Origin: Candidatus Melainabacteria bacterium
GTDB lineage: Bacteria; Cyanobacteriota; Vampirovibrionia; 2-02-FULL-35-15
NCBI GenBank assembly: GCA_016193285.1
Contig: JACPSL010000011.1
Location: 22,645 to 86,644, forward strand
Length of the DNA: 64,000 nt
Direction: 5' to 3'
Below the pieces are notes generated by a model, which was given only the letters and a program-made list of their open reading frames with translations, had not been told where the DNA came from and ran no database searches. Below, one piece after another: positions 9,094 to 20,377 of this stretch (within the stretch, counting starts at the first letter, position 1; the number at the start of each line of letters is the position of its first letter). A program made the translations under genes and the position numbers.

Positions 9094-10980
9094 ATGAAGG
9101 AACTATTTACAAAGTTATTTTACTTTATCATTGCTGTAGTTTCTACACTACTTTTTTATTTTTTTTATTCAGGCCCAGTAATTGCTGATACTAATGCAAA
9201 GTACATAAATTCTGACTATATTCAAGAGGGCGGTGAAAAAACAAACTGTGAATTAAATGGCGCTTGGACAACAGAATATAACAATTATTACTGGCTTCCT
9301 GAACCTACTAGAACACAAAAAAGTCTGCCGCCGCTTGTAAAAGAAATTACTTATACAGGTGTAACTAAAGAAACAAATTCTGTAGACATAAATACACCAG
9401 AAAGTCTCATACATAAAAGAAATAATTTTTATCTGTCATCTTCTCTAAAAGGTGAATCCATCACAATTACGCAAGAGCTTGAAAATAGCAGCGAATATTC
9501 TGAATGGATTCCTTTAAGCATTTATTTTGATCCAACAGTTACAAATAACTCAGAACAACTAGTAAAAATAAGTCTTTCTTATGCTCATAGCAGTTTAGGT
9601 AATATTGTTTATGTTCAAAATACGAGTTTTAATCTTGGCTGTTATTTAAACTTAATAGTCAAATCTCCTTTAAGAGGACAGATTGGCAGACTTACAATTG
9701 AAATTAAACCTGCAAGTAATGCTTACGCATCATTAAGTGGAATTTTCTGGGGCAAGCAAAAAGAATTAAGTAATTTAAAAGTTTCTTATCATGGCAGTGA
9801 AGAAATAAGTGCACCAATTTGGTATCAAAGCAAAAGAAATGTTGTAATCTGGTCTCCAGAATCTGATACATCAAAAATAAGTATAAGAGTAACTCTTGGT
9901 AAAATCTCATATACAACTTCAACTGGTTTTGAATTCCCACTTGGTAGAGATAGAACATATAACTTTAAAGTATTACAAGGACAAAAAGGGCTTGAGTTTT
10001 ACTTAGGCACAGAGCAAGACTTATGTTCAGGCGGTTGCGAACTTGGTTTATACTTTACTGAGAAACATAAACAATTTATATCAATTTATTCAGCTAACAT
10101 TGATAAGAAAAATATTTTACTTGCAAAAACTGAAACAAACGGTAATGGTACACCCTTATTTGAAAAGTTTTATATAGAACCAAATGACGATGTCTCACTA
10201 AGAGTAAGGATCAACACTAACATTAAAGACTCAACTTCTATACTTAGGGGTTTATATCTTATTCCTAGACAAAACAATTCTTCTCAAATAGTTACTGATG
10301 CTTATGGTAATCAGTACATAAACTTAAGTTCAACTAATGATGTTACTCCCAACATTACTCCCTCTCTTGCCGTCAGTACTTTTACTTCAACCATAGAAGA
10401 AACTCCTAAATCTTCTCCAATTCCTGAACCAACTCCAGAGCCAACACCTGAATCTACAATTATTCCAGATTCTGAGCTTACATCAATTGAATCTTCTCCA
10501 ATTCCTGAACCAATTCCTGAACCAACTCCAGAGCCAACACCTGAATCTACAATTATTCCAAATTCTGAACCTGCATCAATTGAACCTTCTCCAATTCCTG
10601 AATCAACTCCAGAGCCAACACCTGAATCTACAATTATTTCAGATTCTGAACCTGCATCAATTGAATCCTCTCCTACTCTTGAATCCACTCCAGAACTTGG
10701 ACCTACTGACGGGGCAGGAAGTAGCAATCAGCAAAAAGATGATCAACAGCTAGCAAACTACACAGTCCAGCAAGCAGACGATATCTTCCTACCAAATATA
10801 CTTCTGCAAAATGCACTACCAAACGCAACTCAAGTCTCTACTGTACTACCAAACGGAACTCAAATCCCCGATGCACTACCAAATGCAACTCCAAACCAGC
10901 CTGGGAATAGTCACCATCAAGCAGAAGATCATCACCAGCCAAGAAATGGTCATCACTTAGCAGAAGGTGTTGATGAGTAG
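9094..10980 (+). CDS. secreted/membrane-anchored repeat protein with Pro/Glu/Thr-rich tandem repeats
   Basis: N-terminal hydrophobic anchor. The C-terminal half (about 10380-10700) carries three ~90-nt tandem repeats encoding SPIPEPTPEPTPESTIIPDSEP(A/T)SIE, followed by 'LPNATQ' repeats. Confidence 0.6.
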   Translation: MKELFTKLFYFIIAVVSTLLFYFFYSGPVIADTNAKYINSDYIQEGGEKTNCELNGAWTTEYNNYYWLPEPTRTQKSLPPLVKEITYTGVTKETNSVDINTPESLIHKRNNFYLSSSLKGESITITQELENSSEYSEWIPLSIYFDPTVTNNSEQLVKISLSYAHSSLGNIVYVQNTSFNLGCYLNLIVKSPLRGQIGRLTIEIKPASNAYASLSGIFWGKQKELSNLKVSYHGSEEISAPIWYQSKRNVVIWSPESDTSKISIRVTLGKISYTTSTGFEFPLGRDRTYNFKVLQGQKGLEFYLGTEQDLCSGGCELGLYFTEKHKQFISIYSANIDKKNILLAKTETNGNGTPLFEKFYIEPNDDVSLRVRINTNIKDSTSILRGLYLIPRQNNSSQIVTDAYGNQYINLSSTNDVTPNITPSLAVSTFTSTIEETPKSSPIPEPTPEPTPESTIIPDSELTSIESSPIPEPIPEPTPEPTPESTIIPNSEPASIEPSPIPESTPEPTPESTIISDSEPASIESSPTLESTPELGPTDGAGSSNQQKDDQQLANYTVQQADDIFLPNILLQNALPNATQVSTVLPNGTQIPDALPNATPNQPGNSHHQAEDHHQPRNGHHLAEGVDE

Positions 10981-11030
10981 GAACTAATGTCCTTTTCAAT
11001 TGTCAATTTTCAATCTATACTATCTAAGAG

Positions 11031-11642
11031 TTACTTACATACACATCCTACTCCAAGTGGGTTTTTCGTAGTACCAAAATAAATCATTATCATATTATTT
11101 GCATCAACGTCTCTAAACCAGCATTGTCGATTTTTAAATTTTGTACTGCATGTTTTATCGTCATTAGATCTATCACACTTTTCAAATAATGCATCAGTGG
11201 TACACTCAAATGAAGGGAAATCAAATTCATTAGTAGACACACGACTACCAGAAACACATTTATCCTTTATTGGCTTGTTTTCATAAGTACACTTTTTATA
11301 ACAACCACCAGGTGCTGCAACTGCTGGTAGAAGTATTAACTTCGAAAAATCATAAGATTCATTAGGTTCACAGTAATCTTCTCCTTCTTCCACTGGAATA
11401 TCAGCCTCAGGTAGAAGCCCCTCATCAGTTCCGTAGAAACCCTCATCACCTTGTCCGTTATTTGAAGCTCCATCGGTGTCATCATCTGAAGTTCCATCGG
11501 TGTCATCATCTGAAGTTCCAGTGGTGTCATCATCCTGAGCATTAATTCCAGTATGAATAGCTAGGCTAAAACATAGAGATAACATAAATACCATCAAAAC
11601 ATAAAATAAAATCCTTCTACTTTTCATGCTGTTTCTCCTCAA
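11031..11642 (-). CDS. secreted Cys-rich protein with acidic DDDT(D/G)GTS repeats
   Basis: Signal-peptide-like N-terminus (MKSRRILFYVLMVFMLSLCFSLA). Three 24-nt tandem repeats at ~11470-11540, and about 10 Cys in the C-terminal half. Confidence 0.55.
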   Translation of the reverse strand: MRRNSMKSRRILFYVLMVFMLSLCFSLAIHTGINAQDDDTTGTSDDDTDGTSDDDTDGASNNGQGDEGFYGTDEGLLPEADIPVEEGEDYCEPNESYDFSKLILLPAVAAPGGCYKKCTYENKPIKDKCVSGSRVSTNEFDFPSFECTTDALFEKCDRSNDDKTCSTKFKNRQCWFRDVDANNMIMIYFGTTKNPLGVGCVCK

Positions 11643-11705
11643 AAGTAACTAACAATTCTAAATTAGGGTATACCCTGAAAGCTCAAACCTTAAACATTAC
11701 CAGAC

Positions 11706-12341
11706 TTAACCAGCAATTTTATAAATCTTTGCTCCCTTACCTTCTGGAAAAACAATATACCCTTCTAACTTTTCTAAAAGTTCTTGTGATGGATTGTCTG
11801 CTAATTTTAAAATAAGATCTAAAATATCCCTTACTTCTTTATGAACTTCAGCATCTTCTGGCAAATCAGCCGGGTGAGTTACTACTCGCATAGGACTTTT
11901 TTGAATAATTTTTTCTCGCATCTCTACATAATCAGGTGATAAACCAACCACTGCTGAACCTAATGCATCTAACATATCAGCCAGGATCTTTTGTCTAAGC
12001 TCTAACCTCTCTGGATTTTCCTCATCCCACCTGACTAACATTTGTGGCGAGAGCTGTCCAACAATACCATAAATCGTTCCAGGTCCTTCAGCTTTTGTTT
12101 GTAAGCTAACCCCTTCTTCAGTAGTTTTAAGCAAATCAACACTAGCTACTAATTTGCCACCGTATGATAAATATCGTAAAAGCAATACTCCATCGCTGGT
12201 ATGGATTGCTTCTTGTTGAATTACTTTGTCTTTATTTAAAGCATCTGGTTTTCGTTCACATAACACAGCATAGCTTTTAGCTACAAAATCTTCAACTCGT
12301 GCACTAATGTTATTTACTTTCATATAACTAATTTTAACCAA
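11706..12341 (-). CDS. hypothetical protein
   Basis: 211-aa ORF, gene-like composition, no confident motif. Confidence 0.45.
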   Translation of the reverse strand: MVKISYMKVNNISARVEDFVAKSYAVLCERKPDALNKDKVIQQEAIHTSDGVLLLRYLSYGGKLVASVDLLKTTEEGVSLQTKAEGPGTIYGIVGQLSPQMLVRWDEENPERLELRQKILADMLDALGSAVVGLSPDYVEMREKIIQKSPMRVVTHPADLPEDAEVHKEVRDILDLILKLADNPSQELLEKLEGYIVFPEGKGAKIYKIAG

Positions 12342-12474
12342 ATGAGCTTTTAAAAAGCTAGTACTTCAGATTAAATTTCTCTAATACTTTTTTAATTATA
12401 AAGAAAAAATTAAAAACTAACTGTAACATGATTGCATGTTTCATCTTTACTAAGATAAAATTATTAGGTTATAA

Positions 12475-13788
12475 ATGAGCACATCATTAAAAAAATTTAA
12501 GATTGGCTTACTTGGTGCAGGTACAATTGGCTCTACAGTAATTATGGCATTGCACAATCATCCACATATTGAAATTAAGAAAATTGGTGTTAGGGATTTA
12601 AATAAGAAAAGAAATTTTAATGTGTTAGAGTCGATCGGCCGATTGGCTCTAACAACTAATCTAAACGACATTGTTATCGATCCTGAAATTGAAATTGTTG
12701 TAGAAGTTTTAGGTGGATTAAGCCCAGCAAAAGATCTAGTTAGCAAGGCAATACAAAACAAAAAACATATTGTAACTGCAAATAAAGATTTAATTGCAAC
12801 TTACGGCGCAGAGCTTTTTGATTTAGCTAAAGAAAACAATGTTCAAATCCAGCTTGAAGGAAGTGTTTGTGGTGGTATTCCAATAATTAATACCTTAAAG
12901 CAAACTTTAAGTGCAAACACATTTCTAAAAATAATGGGTATCTTAAATGGGACTACAAATTACATACTTACTGAAATGCTAAACAAAAACTTAAGCTTTG
13001 AACAATGTCTGAAAGAAGCTTCTCTACTTGGTTATGCTGAACCAAATCCTACAAATGATGTTTCAGGAAAAGACTCTGCTTATAAATTAGCAATTCTTGC
13101 AAGTATTGCATTCCGCGAAAGAATTAAAATTAATGAGGTTTACACTGAAGGAATTGAGAAGATTACCCCAAGCGATATTGTTCTTGCTGAAGAGCTTGGA
13201 TATAGAATAAAACTTATTGGAATTGCTAGAAATGAAACATGGGTTAGTGGAAACAAGGAAACAGGGAAAATTGATATTAGAGTTCATCCTGCTTTTATAA
13301 AAAAAACAAATACGCTTGCTTCTGTGCTTGGAGTAAACAATGGTGTTCTTGTTGAAGGAAATCTCGTTGGTGAGCTGACTTTAATCGGGCAAGGTGCAGG
13401 TGCACTTCCTACTACAAGTTCAATAATTGGAGATATAAATCTTCTTGTAGCACAACTTTCTTACTCTTCAAAACCAAATCCACAATTTATCTGCCAGCAT
13501 ACATCATATGCAAAAATTAAACCAATTGCAGAAACAACAAATAGATATTTTTTAAGAGTAAGAACTCAAGACAAGCCAGGTGTAGTTGGTCAAATAGGAA
13601 CAATTTGTGGGAAACATGAGGTTAGTATTAATGCTCTTACTCAAAGAGGTACAAACCCAGATGGTACTGCATCAATTACAATACTTACACATTTAGTAAA
13701 AGAAGAAAAAATACAAAATGCAATTAATGAAATTAAAAAATCCCCTAGCGTAAAACAAGTAGAAAATATAATTAGAGTACTGGAATAA
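12475..13788 (+). CDS. hom: homoserine dehydrogenase
   Basis: N-terminal KIGLLGAGTIGSTV Rossmann motif, central catalytic domain and a C-terminal ACT-like domain. 437 aa. Confidence 0.8.
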   Translation: MSTSLKKFKIGLLGAGTIGSTVIMALHNHPHIEIKKIGVRDLNKKRNFNVLESIGRLALTTNLNDIVIDPEIEIVVEVLGGLSPAKDLVSKAIQNKKHIVTANKDLIATYGAELFDLAKENNVQIQLEGSVCGGIPIINTLKQTLSANTFLKIMGILNGTTNYILTEMLNKNLSFEQCLKEASLLGYAEPNPTNDVSGKDSAYKLAILASIAFRERIKINEVYTEGIEKITPSDIVLAEELGYRIKLIGIARNETWVSGNKETGKIDIRVHPAFIKKTNTLASVLGVNNGVLVEGNLVGELTLIGQGAGALPTTSSIIGDINLLVAQLSYSSKPNPQFICQHTSYAKIKPIAETTNRYFLRVRTQDKPGVVGQIGTICGKHEVSINALTQRGTNPDGTASITILTHLVKEEKIQNAINEIKKSPSVKQVENIIRVLE

Positions 13789-13797
13789 AAAGTCAGA

Positions 13798-14961
13798 TTA
13801 AATAAGTCCTATAGCTTTAAAAATCTCTCTCCATGGATATACTGTGACATTCTCATAATGAATTTCATTTTCTGAAAGGCTTGCGCAAAGAAGTTGTGAT
13901 TTGGGATAAACTTCTTTAAAAGATTTAAGGCCTTTTAAATCACTTAGCCTTGGATTTGTATTTGCTTTTATCTCCAAGGCAAATACTTTATCGTCAGGGG
14001 TTTCAATAACCAAGTCTACTTCAGCTCCGTTTTCAGTTCTAAAAAAAGAAAATTCATAGTTTTTATTTTTGTAGTGCGAAAGATGAATTATTTCTTTGAC
14101 AATAAAATGCTCAAATAATCTCCCATATTCAGTTGTATATCTAACTGGTTCCTGATAAATACGTTTAGCTAAAACTCTCTGGACTCCTGTATCAAAAAAA
14201 TAAAATTTAGGATGTCTCATTAATCGCTTTCTTGCTGACTTGACATAAGCAAGAAGATGAAAACCTATTAATGTATCCTCTAGTATCTGAAGATATTCTT
14301 TTACATCTGAACTTTTAGTTGCAGTTTCTCTTGAGATATTTGAATAATTAATTATATTCCCATTTTCACTTGCAGCAAAGCGCAAAAACCTAAGAAATGA
14401 TCCTATGTTTCTTACAATTGCTTCTGCTTTAATTTCTTCTTCAAGGTAAGTTTCTGCATATGACCCAAGCAGTGCTTTTGCAATCTCTGTATCTTTTTCC
14501 AAATAAATTGAAGGGAGTGTTCCAAGATTTAACGCTTTGTTTAAATTAAAATCTTTCCCAAGTTCAATATGAGTAAATGGATAAAGCTTATAAGTAAGTG
14601 CTCTCCCGCCAAGCATGTTTGCATGTGAACGTTTTAGTTTTCTTGCACTACTACCACTAATTGCAAAAACCAGTGATTTATCTTCTTCCATTAAATAATG
14701 AACTTCATTAAGCAGCTCTGGTATTCGTTGTATTTCATCTATGACAATAATGTTCTTCTTTTTATTTCTGTGTACGATTTCTTCCCTAAAAAGATTAGGT
14801 TCTGTTTTAAACTTTTCATACAATTCAGTTTTAAGAAAGTCATAGTATATGCATTCAGAGTCGTTAAAGGTATTTTTTAAGAGTGTGCTTTTCCCAACCT
14901 GCCTTGGTCCAAAAATAAAGAAACTTTTTCCCTTTGGTAATTTAACTAATCGTGAAACCAT
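13798..14961 (-). CDS. AAA-family ATPase with DUF4143-like C-terminal domain
   Basis: Walker A FIFGPRQVGKSTLLK, Walker B IIVIDEIQ, and a C-terminal region resembling DUF4143. Confidence 0.65.
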   Translation of the reverse strand: MVSRLVKLPKGKSFFIFGPRQVGKSTLLKNTFNDSECIYYDFLKTELYEKFKTEPNLFREEIVHRNKKKNIIVIDEIQRIPELLNEVHYLMEEDKSLVFAISGSSARKLKRSHANMLGGRALTYKLYPFTHIELGKDFNLNKALNLGTLPSIYLEKDTEIAKALLGSYAETYLEEEIKAEAIVRNIGSFLRFLRFAASENGNIINYSNISRETATKSSDVKEYLQILEDTLIGFHLLAYVKSARKRLMRHPKFYFFDTGVQRVLAKRIYQEPVRYTTEYGRLFEHFIVKEIIHLSHYKNKNYEFSFFRTENGAEVDLVIETPDDKVFALEIKANTNPRLSDLKGLKSFKEVYPKSQLLCASLSENEIHYENVTVYPWREIFKAIGLI

Positions 14962-15074
14962 ATTAGTATTTTACCACGATTTTTTATTAATAAATCATAA
15001 AACTTCGTGGTGATTTCTTTAATCACCAACTAAAAACCAGCTTACTTGAAGAATACGCTAAAATATCAAAGTCT

Positions 15075-16892
15075 ATGTCAATAGAAACAAGCATTCAGCA
15101 TTCAGCAACAAGCACTCCGCATTTAAAACGTACACACTTTTGTGGCGAAGTTAAAGAATCAGACATCAGTAAGACAATTACTTTAGCAGGCTGGGTAGAT
15201 ACCGCTCGAGATCTTGGTGGAATTATTTTTATCGAGCTTAGGGATCATACAGGTAGATTTCAGATTGTTGCTGACCCATTAAAAAACAAAAATGTCCACA
15301 AAGTTTTTGAAGGCTTACGAAATGAATTTGTAATCATTGTAAAAGGCTCTGTTTCAAAAAGGCCAAAAGACACAGAGAATAAAGATCTACCCACTGGTAC
15401 AGTTGAAATGTACCCGCAAGAAATTGAACTTTTAAATAAATCCAAGCCTCTGCCTTTTATGCTTGACCAAGCTGAAGATGTAGATGAAAACGTAAGATTA
15501 AAATATAGGTTCTTAGATCTACGTAGAGAAAAAATGCAAAAGACTTTTGTGCTTAGACATAAAGTCACACAAGCAATAAGATCAAAACTAAATAAACTAG
15601 GTTTTTATGAACTTGAAACTCCAATACTTACAAAAGCTACTCCTGAAGGAGCACGTGACTACTTAGTTCCAAGTAGAGTACAAGCAGGGAAATTTTTTGC
15701 TCTTCCTCAGTCACCACAACTTTTTAAACAGCTTTTTATGATAAGTGGCTTCCCAAAATATTATCAAATTGCAAGATGTTTTAGAGATGAAGATTTAAGA
15801 GCAGACAGACAACCAGAGTTTACACAAGTAGATATTGAAATGTCATTTATTGATATGGAAGATGTTATTAGTGCTACTGAAGAAATCTTAGTTAGTGCAT
15901 TTGAAGCTAGTGGAATTAAAATTTCAAAACCATTTCAAAGGATAGATTATGACAAGGCAATAGCACTTTATGGTTCTGATAAACCAGACTTAAGATTTGG
16001 TCTTGAGTTTATTGATTTAACTGACGTCATGGCAAAAAGCGAGTTTAAGTCTTTCAGTGAAATTGTAAAATCAGGCGGAGAAACTAAATGCCTTTGTGTT
16101 TCAGGCATTTCAGCCTATTCAAGATCTGAAATGGATAACTTAAAAGCACTTGTAATGTCTAAAGATTTTGGTGCAAAAGGACTTGCATGGATTACATTTA
16201 AATCTGATGGCTCCATGAGTTCACCAATAGTAAAGTTCTTTAAAGATGAAGAGCTAAATGAAATTAAAAAAAGAGGGGATGTAAAACCAGGCGATACATT
16301 ACTTTTCATTGCAGACAAACCAAAAATTGTTGCACAAGCACTTGGAAAACTTAGACTTTATCTTGGAGAAACACTTAATTTAATTAATAAAAATAATCAC
16401 TCCTTAGTATGGATAGTAAACTTTCCATTATTTGAATATGATCAAGTAGAAAAAAGATTAAACTCAGTTAATCATCCTTTTACTTCACCAAAGCCTGAAG
16501 ACATCCACCACTTAGATTCAGATCCCCTAAAAGCAAAAGCTGCTGCATATGACATTATTTACAATGGTGTTGAAATTGGGGGAGGCAGTATTAGAATCCA
16601 CAATGTTGAACTTCAAAGCAAGATATTTAAAATTTTAGGACTTGATGAAACTGTTGCAAAAGATAAGTTTGGATTTTTACTTGATGCATTAAGTCTTGGC
16701 GCACCACCACATGGTGGACTTGCACTTGGATTAGACAGGCTTGTTATGCTACTTACAGGAAATAAATCTATTCGTGATGTTATTGCCTTTCCAAAAACTC
16801 AAACTGCAATTTGTCCACTTACTGATGCACCAAGCGAAATAAACGAAAAACAATTAAAAGAGCTTAGTATAAGGGTGATGGAGCAAAAATAA
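15075..16892 (+). CDS. aspS: aspartate--tRNA ligase
   Basis: Class II aaRS motifs [18 protein letters not shown] and [18 protein letters not shown]-terminal OB-fold anticodon-binding domain. Confidence 0.9.
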   Translation: MSIETSIQHSATSTPHLKRTHFCGEVKESDISKTITLAGWVDTARDLGGIIFIELRDHTGRFQIVADPLKNKNVHKVFEGLRNEFVIIVKGSVSKRPKDTENKDLPTGTVEMYPQEIELLNKSKPLPFMLDQAEDVDENVRLKYRFLDLRREKMQKTFVLRHKVTQAIRSKLNKLGFYELETPILTKATPEGARDYLVPSRVQAGKFFALPQSPQLFKQLFMISGFPKYYQIARCFRDEDLRADRQPEFTQVDIEMSFIDMEDVISATEEILVSAFEASGIKISKPFQRIDYDKAIALYGSDKPDLRFGLEFIDLTDVMAKSEFKSFSEIVKSGGETKCLCVSGISAYSRSEMDNLKALVMSKDFGAKGLAWITFKSDGSMSSPIVKFFKDEELNEIKKRGDVKPGDTLLFIADKPKIVAQALGKLRLYLGETLNLINKNNHSLVWIVNFPLFEYDQVEKRLNSVNHPFTSPKPEDIHHLDSDPLKAKAAAYDIIYNGVEIGGGSIRIHNVELQSKIFKILGLDETVAKDKFGFLLDALSLGAPPHGGLALGLDRLVMLLTGNKSIRDVIAFPKTQTAICPLTDAPSEINEKQLKELSIRVMEQK

Positions 16893-16951
16893 AAAAGAAA
16901 GGATTTTGAACTTATTCGAGGCTACTTAAATTTTGGAGTGAGTTACATTAC

Positions 16952-17716
16952 ATGCTGGCTAAACGAATAATTCCTTGCTTAGACATAAAAGATAGTCGTG
17001 TTGTAAAAGGCACTAAGTTTTTAGACCTAAAAGATGCAGGCAATCCAGTTGAGCTTGCAAAATACTATAACAATGAAGGTGCGGATGAACTTTGTTTCTT
17101 AGACATTACTGCAAGTCATGAAAATAGAAAAACAATTATTGAAATAGTAGAAGCTGTTGCTGGAGAGGTTTTCATACCTTTTACTGTTGGTGGTGGAATA
17201 AGTACAACAGATCAAATGAGAGACATCTTACGTGCTGGTGCAGATAAAATTACAATTAATACTTCAGCAGTTAAAAATCCAGATCTTATAAAAGAAGGGG
17301 CAAAACTATTTGGATCACAATGTATCGTTCTTGCAATTGATGCAAAAAAAATCCAGCAATCAGCTAAAAAATGGGAAGTATACATCAAAGGTGGCCGTGA
17401 AAACACTAGTCTTGATGCAATTCTTTGGGCAAAAAAAGCAGTAAGCCTTGGAGCAGGTGAAATATTACTTACAAGTATGGATGCTGATGGTACAAAAGCT
17501 GGATACGATATTGAACTTACAAAACAAATTGTAGAAACTGTAAATGTCCCAGTAATTGCATCTGGTGGGGCAGGTGAAATAAAACATATAGTTGAAATAT
17601 TTAAGAAAACTAACTGTGATGCAGCTTTACTGGCTTCAATATTACACTACAAAAACGTTTCAATTAAAGAGATCAAGAAGGAGATGGAGAGAGAAAGATT
17701 AGTTGTTAGAACATAG
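16952..17716 (+). CDS. hisF: imidazole glycerol phosphate synthase cyclase subunit
   Basis: [14 protein letters not shown]...VVKG start and a GGGI motif. 254 aa. Confidence 0.85.
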   Translation: MLAKRIIPCLDIKDSRVVKGTKFLDLKDAGNPVELAKYYNNEGADELCFLDITASHENRKTIIEIVEAVAGEVFIPFTVGGGISTTDQMRDILRAGADKITINTSAVKNPDLIKEGAKLFGSQCIVLAIDAKKIQQSAKKWEVYIKGGRENTSLDAILWAKKAVSLGAGEILLTSMDADGTKAGYDIELTKQIVETVNVPVIASGGAGEIKHIVEIFKKTNCDAALLASILHYKNVSIKEIKKEMERERLVVRT

Positions 17717-19021
17717 TGTTAAGTTTAAAGCTTCTCTTGTATATTTCTTAGCTAGTTCAACCCCAGGCTGGTTAAATGGATTCACACCTAACAGGTTTCC
17801 AGTTGCTGCTGTTGCTACTTCAAAAATATACATAAGCTTGGCAAGGTAGTATTCATCAAGCTCAGGAAGTGTAATCGTAAAATTTGGTCTTTCATTTTCA
17901 GTCAGTGCACGTCTTGTAGCATCAAGTTCTATATTTAAAACTTCTCCAATTTTATGATCTGCATATAGCTTAAACTCTTGTGATTCGCTTGAAAAATCAG
18001 GAATTGTTAAATCTCTTTTATGCTTGTTTATTTTTACAAAACATACTAACTTATCATTTTGTCCTTCATTAAACATCTGGATTTGAGAGTGTTGATCTGT
18101 TGCTCCAATTGCACCAAGTGGTGTTGATCCTCTTCTTGATTTTCCAAGTGATTCTGCCCAAAGCTGTATAAACCAGTCTACAAAACGTTTTAAACAAGTA
18201 GAGTAAGGCATTAAAACAAAAATGGTTTTATTCGCTACATATGAAAAATAAGCACAAAGTGCAATACTTGCTGCAAGGTTTAATTTTAAGTCTTGAAGCT
18301 TGCATAAATTATCTGCTTCTAAAATTCCAGCTCTAATCTCATTAATATCAACCCCACAAAGTGCTATTGGTAAAAGCCCAACTGGTGAAAACACAGAATA
18401 TCTTCCACCAATATTTTCAGGGATAAAAAACATTGTTACTGAATTTCTTTTCCCAATATCAAATAATAAACCCTTATTTTCTGTTGTAACAAAAACACAT
18501 TGCTTATAAAAATCACAGGCCTCCTCTTGTAACCACTTTTTTATAACCAGCATAGGAATAATTGTTTCAACTGTGCTTCCACCTTTTGAAGCAACAACAA
18601 ACAAGGTTTTGTTTAGTTTTAATCTGCTTAAAATAGTTCGAATAATAACAGGATCAAGATTGTCTATAAAATCCACTGTTAAAAATTCTTTCCTTTTTCC
18701 TTTTGAAAGCCTGTTCCAAAGCGGCGTATTTAAACCTTCAATTATTGCCTGAGCACCAAGACTACTTCCACCAATACCCAACACTAAAAGATGTTCATAT
18801 CTTTCACTAGATAAAATTCCTTGAACAAAATTATTTATCTCTTCAAACATTTTTAAATCGCATGGAAGATTTAGCCAGCCTGCCATAGCTTGAGGATCTG
18901 ATTTTGAACTGTAAAGGTTAGCAATTATATTAAAAACCTTATCTTGGCAACTTTTAAAATTCGCCCCTGATTCAATATTAAAATAATTAGTTAAATCTAT
19001 TCTTATTCTTTGCCGGTTCAT
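17699..19021 (-). CDS. pgi: glucose-6-phosphate isomerase
   Basis: [17 protein letters not shown]-domain motif. 440 aa. The 3' end overlaps hisF by 18 nt, convergently. Confidence 0.75.
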   Translation of the reverse strand: MNRQRIRIDLTNYFNIESGANFKSCQDKVFNIIANLYSSKSDPQAMAGWLNLPCDLKMFEEINNFVQGILSSERYEHLLVLGIGGSSLGAQAIIEGLNTPLWNRLSKGKRKEFLTVDFIDNLDPVIIRTILSRLKLNKTLFVVASKGGSTVETIIPMLVIKKWLQEEACDFYKQCVFVTTENKGLLFDIGKRNSVTMFFIPENIGGRYSVFSPVGLLPIALCGVDINEIRAGILEADNLCKLQDLKLNLAASIALCAYFSYVANKTIFVLMPYSTCLKRFVDWFIQLWAESLGKSRRGSTPLGAIGATDQHSQIQMFNEGQNDKLVCFVKINKHKRDLTIPDFSSESQEFKLYADHKIGEVLNIELDATRRALTENERPNFTITLPELDEYYLAKLMYIFEVATAATGNLLGVNPFNQPGVELAKKYTREALNLTLCSNN

Positions 19022-20367
19022 TGTTTACTAAATACCCTGGTTTTTTGAAAACATTCTACAACTTTTTCTAATCCTGCTATATGAGAGCCTTTAACAAGCA
19101 CTACTGTCTTGGGCTCCAGTAACCCTTTTAAGATATCACAACATCCATTTATATCTTTAACATTAGTAGCAAACTTTATTTCTTTTAACCTTTCCCCTAT
19201 TGTTATCACACAGCTTATTGGCCTTTGTAATAGCCATTTTGCTAGATCATCTATCAATGGATCTTCAAAAGCACCCAGCTCTGCTAATTCACCAAGCACT
19301 AAAACCTTTTTAAATTCACTATTCCAACACTCAGTCATATTTTCTACTGCTGTTTTTAAAGAGTCAGGATTTGCATTATAAGATTCATCAATTATATAAA
19401 TATCTTCTGGTAGTTCAATTACATTCCCTCTTGACTTGGGAAGTTCAAAAGAAGCAAGGCCTTCTTGAATTTCAGAAGGTAAAAGACTTAAATATTTTCC
19501 AATCAAAATTGCACTTAAGGAATTTAAGACATGAGTCTTTCCTAAAGCATTTACATAATATTTTTCACTTGCAGCACTTTTTACATCAAGCTCAAAATAT
19601 GTTTTTCCATTCTCATAACTTATGTTTTTTGCCTGGCTTAAATCAAAAGTAGCTGTTTTCCATCTCCAGACTTCATGTACAAATTGAACTAATCTAGAAT
19701 CATTAAATAATACTGCTAAGCCGTCTCTTTTTAAGTATTCTAATATTTCACACTTAGCTTTTAGAATTGATTTAATACTTCCTAACCTTCCAATATGTGC
19801 AGTACCAATATTTGTAATTAATGCAATATCTGGTTCTGTTGTCTTGGCCAAGTATTTAATTTCTCCTTCCTTTCTCATTGCAAGTTCCAAGACAAGCACC
19901 TCAGTACCAAGTGACATCTCTAAAATTGTTTTTGGGACACCTATTTCATTGTTAAAATTTGCTTCTGTTTTATGTACTCTAAATTTAGTAGAAAGAACTT
20001 CTGAAATTAATTCTTTTACTGTCGTTTTACCAGAACTACCAGTAATAGCTATAACTTTAGGATTAACCTTATTCCTATAATAATTTGCAAGTAAGTGATA
20101 AGTATCTAATGTGTTTTTTACAAGAATTAAATTTGATCTGTGTTCTTCTTTTACTTTGTAAATCTTATCTCTTTCACAAAACGCCCATGAAACACTATTA
20201 ATAAAATCATGTCCATCAAATTTTTCACCTATAAGTGGAAGAAAAATTTGATTCTCTTTTATGTTTCTTGAGTCTGTACAAATAGAAAATTTTGTATTTT
20301 TATTCTTTATATTTGAATTAAATGAAAAAAGAGTTTCAAGTTCTTTTATCTCAAATTGTGCAAGCAT
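19018..20367 (-). CDS. murF: UDP-N-acetylmuramoyl-tripeptide--D-alanyl-D-alanine ligase
   Basis: Mur ligase P-loop VIAITGSSGKTTVKE and overall MurF domain order. Overlaps the pgi start by 4 nt. Confidence 0.8.
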   Translation of the reverse strand: MLAQFEIKELETLFSFNSNIKNKNTKFSICTDSRNIKENQIFLPLIGEKFDGHDFINSVSWAFCERDKIYKVKEEHRSNLILVKNTLDTYHLLANYYRNKVNPKVIAITGSSGKTTVKELISEVLSTKFRVHKTEANFNNEIGVPKTILEMSLGTEVLVLELAMRKEGEIKYLAKTTEPDIALITNIGTAHIGRLGSIKSILKAKCEILEYLKRDGLAVLFNDSRLVQFVHEVWRWKTATFDLSQAKNISYENGKTYFELDVKSAASEKYYVNALGKTHVLNSLSAILIGKYLSLLPSEIQEGLASFELPKSRGNVIELPEDIYIIDESYNANPDSLKTAVENMTECWNSEFKKVLVLGELAELGAFEDPLIDDLAKWLLQRPISCVITIGERLKEIKFATNVKDINGCCDILKGLLEPKTVVLVKGSHIAGLEKVVECFQKTRVFSKQ

Positions 20368-20377
20368 TGATGTTATT

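Noticed and set aside
10311-10753. Two ORFs (138 aa minus strand, 88 aa plus strand) overlapping the PEPT repeats
   Set aside because: They are alternative-frame or antisense readings of a tandem repeat inside the 628-aa gene. Repeats inflate ORF length in every frame.
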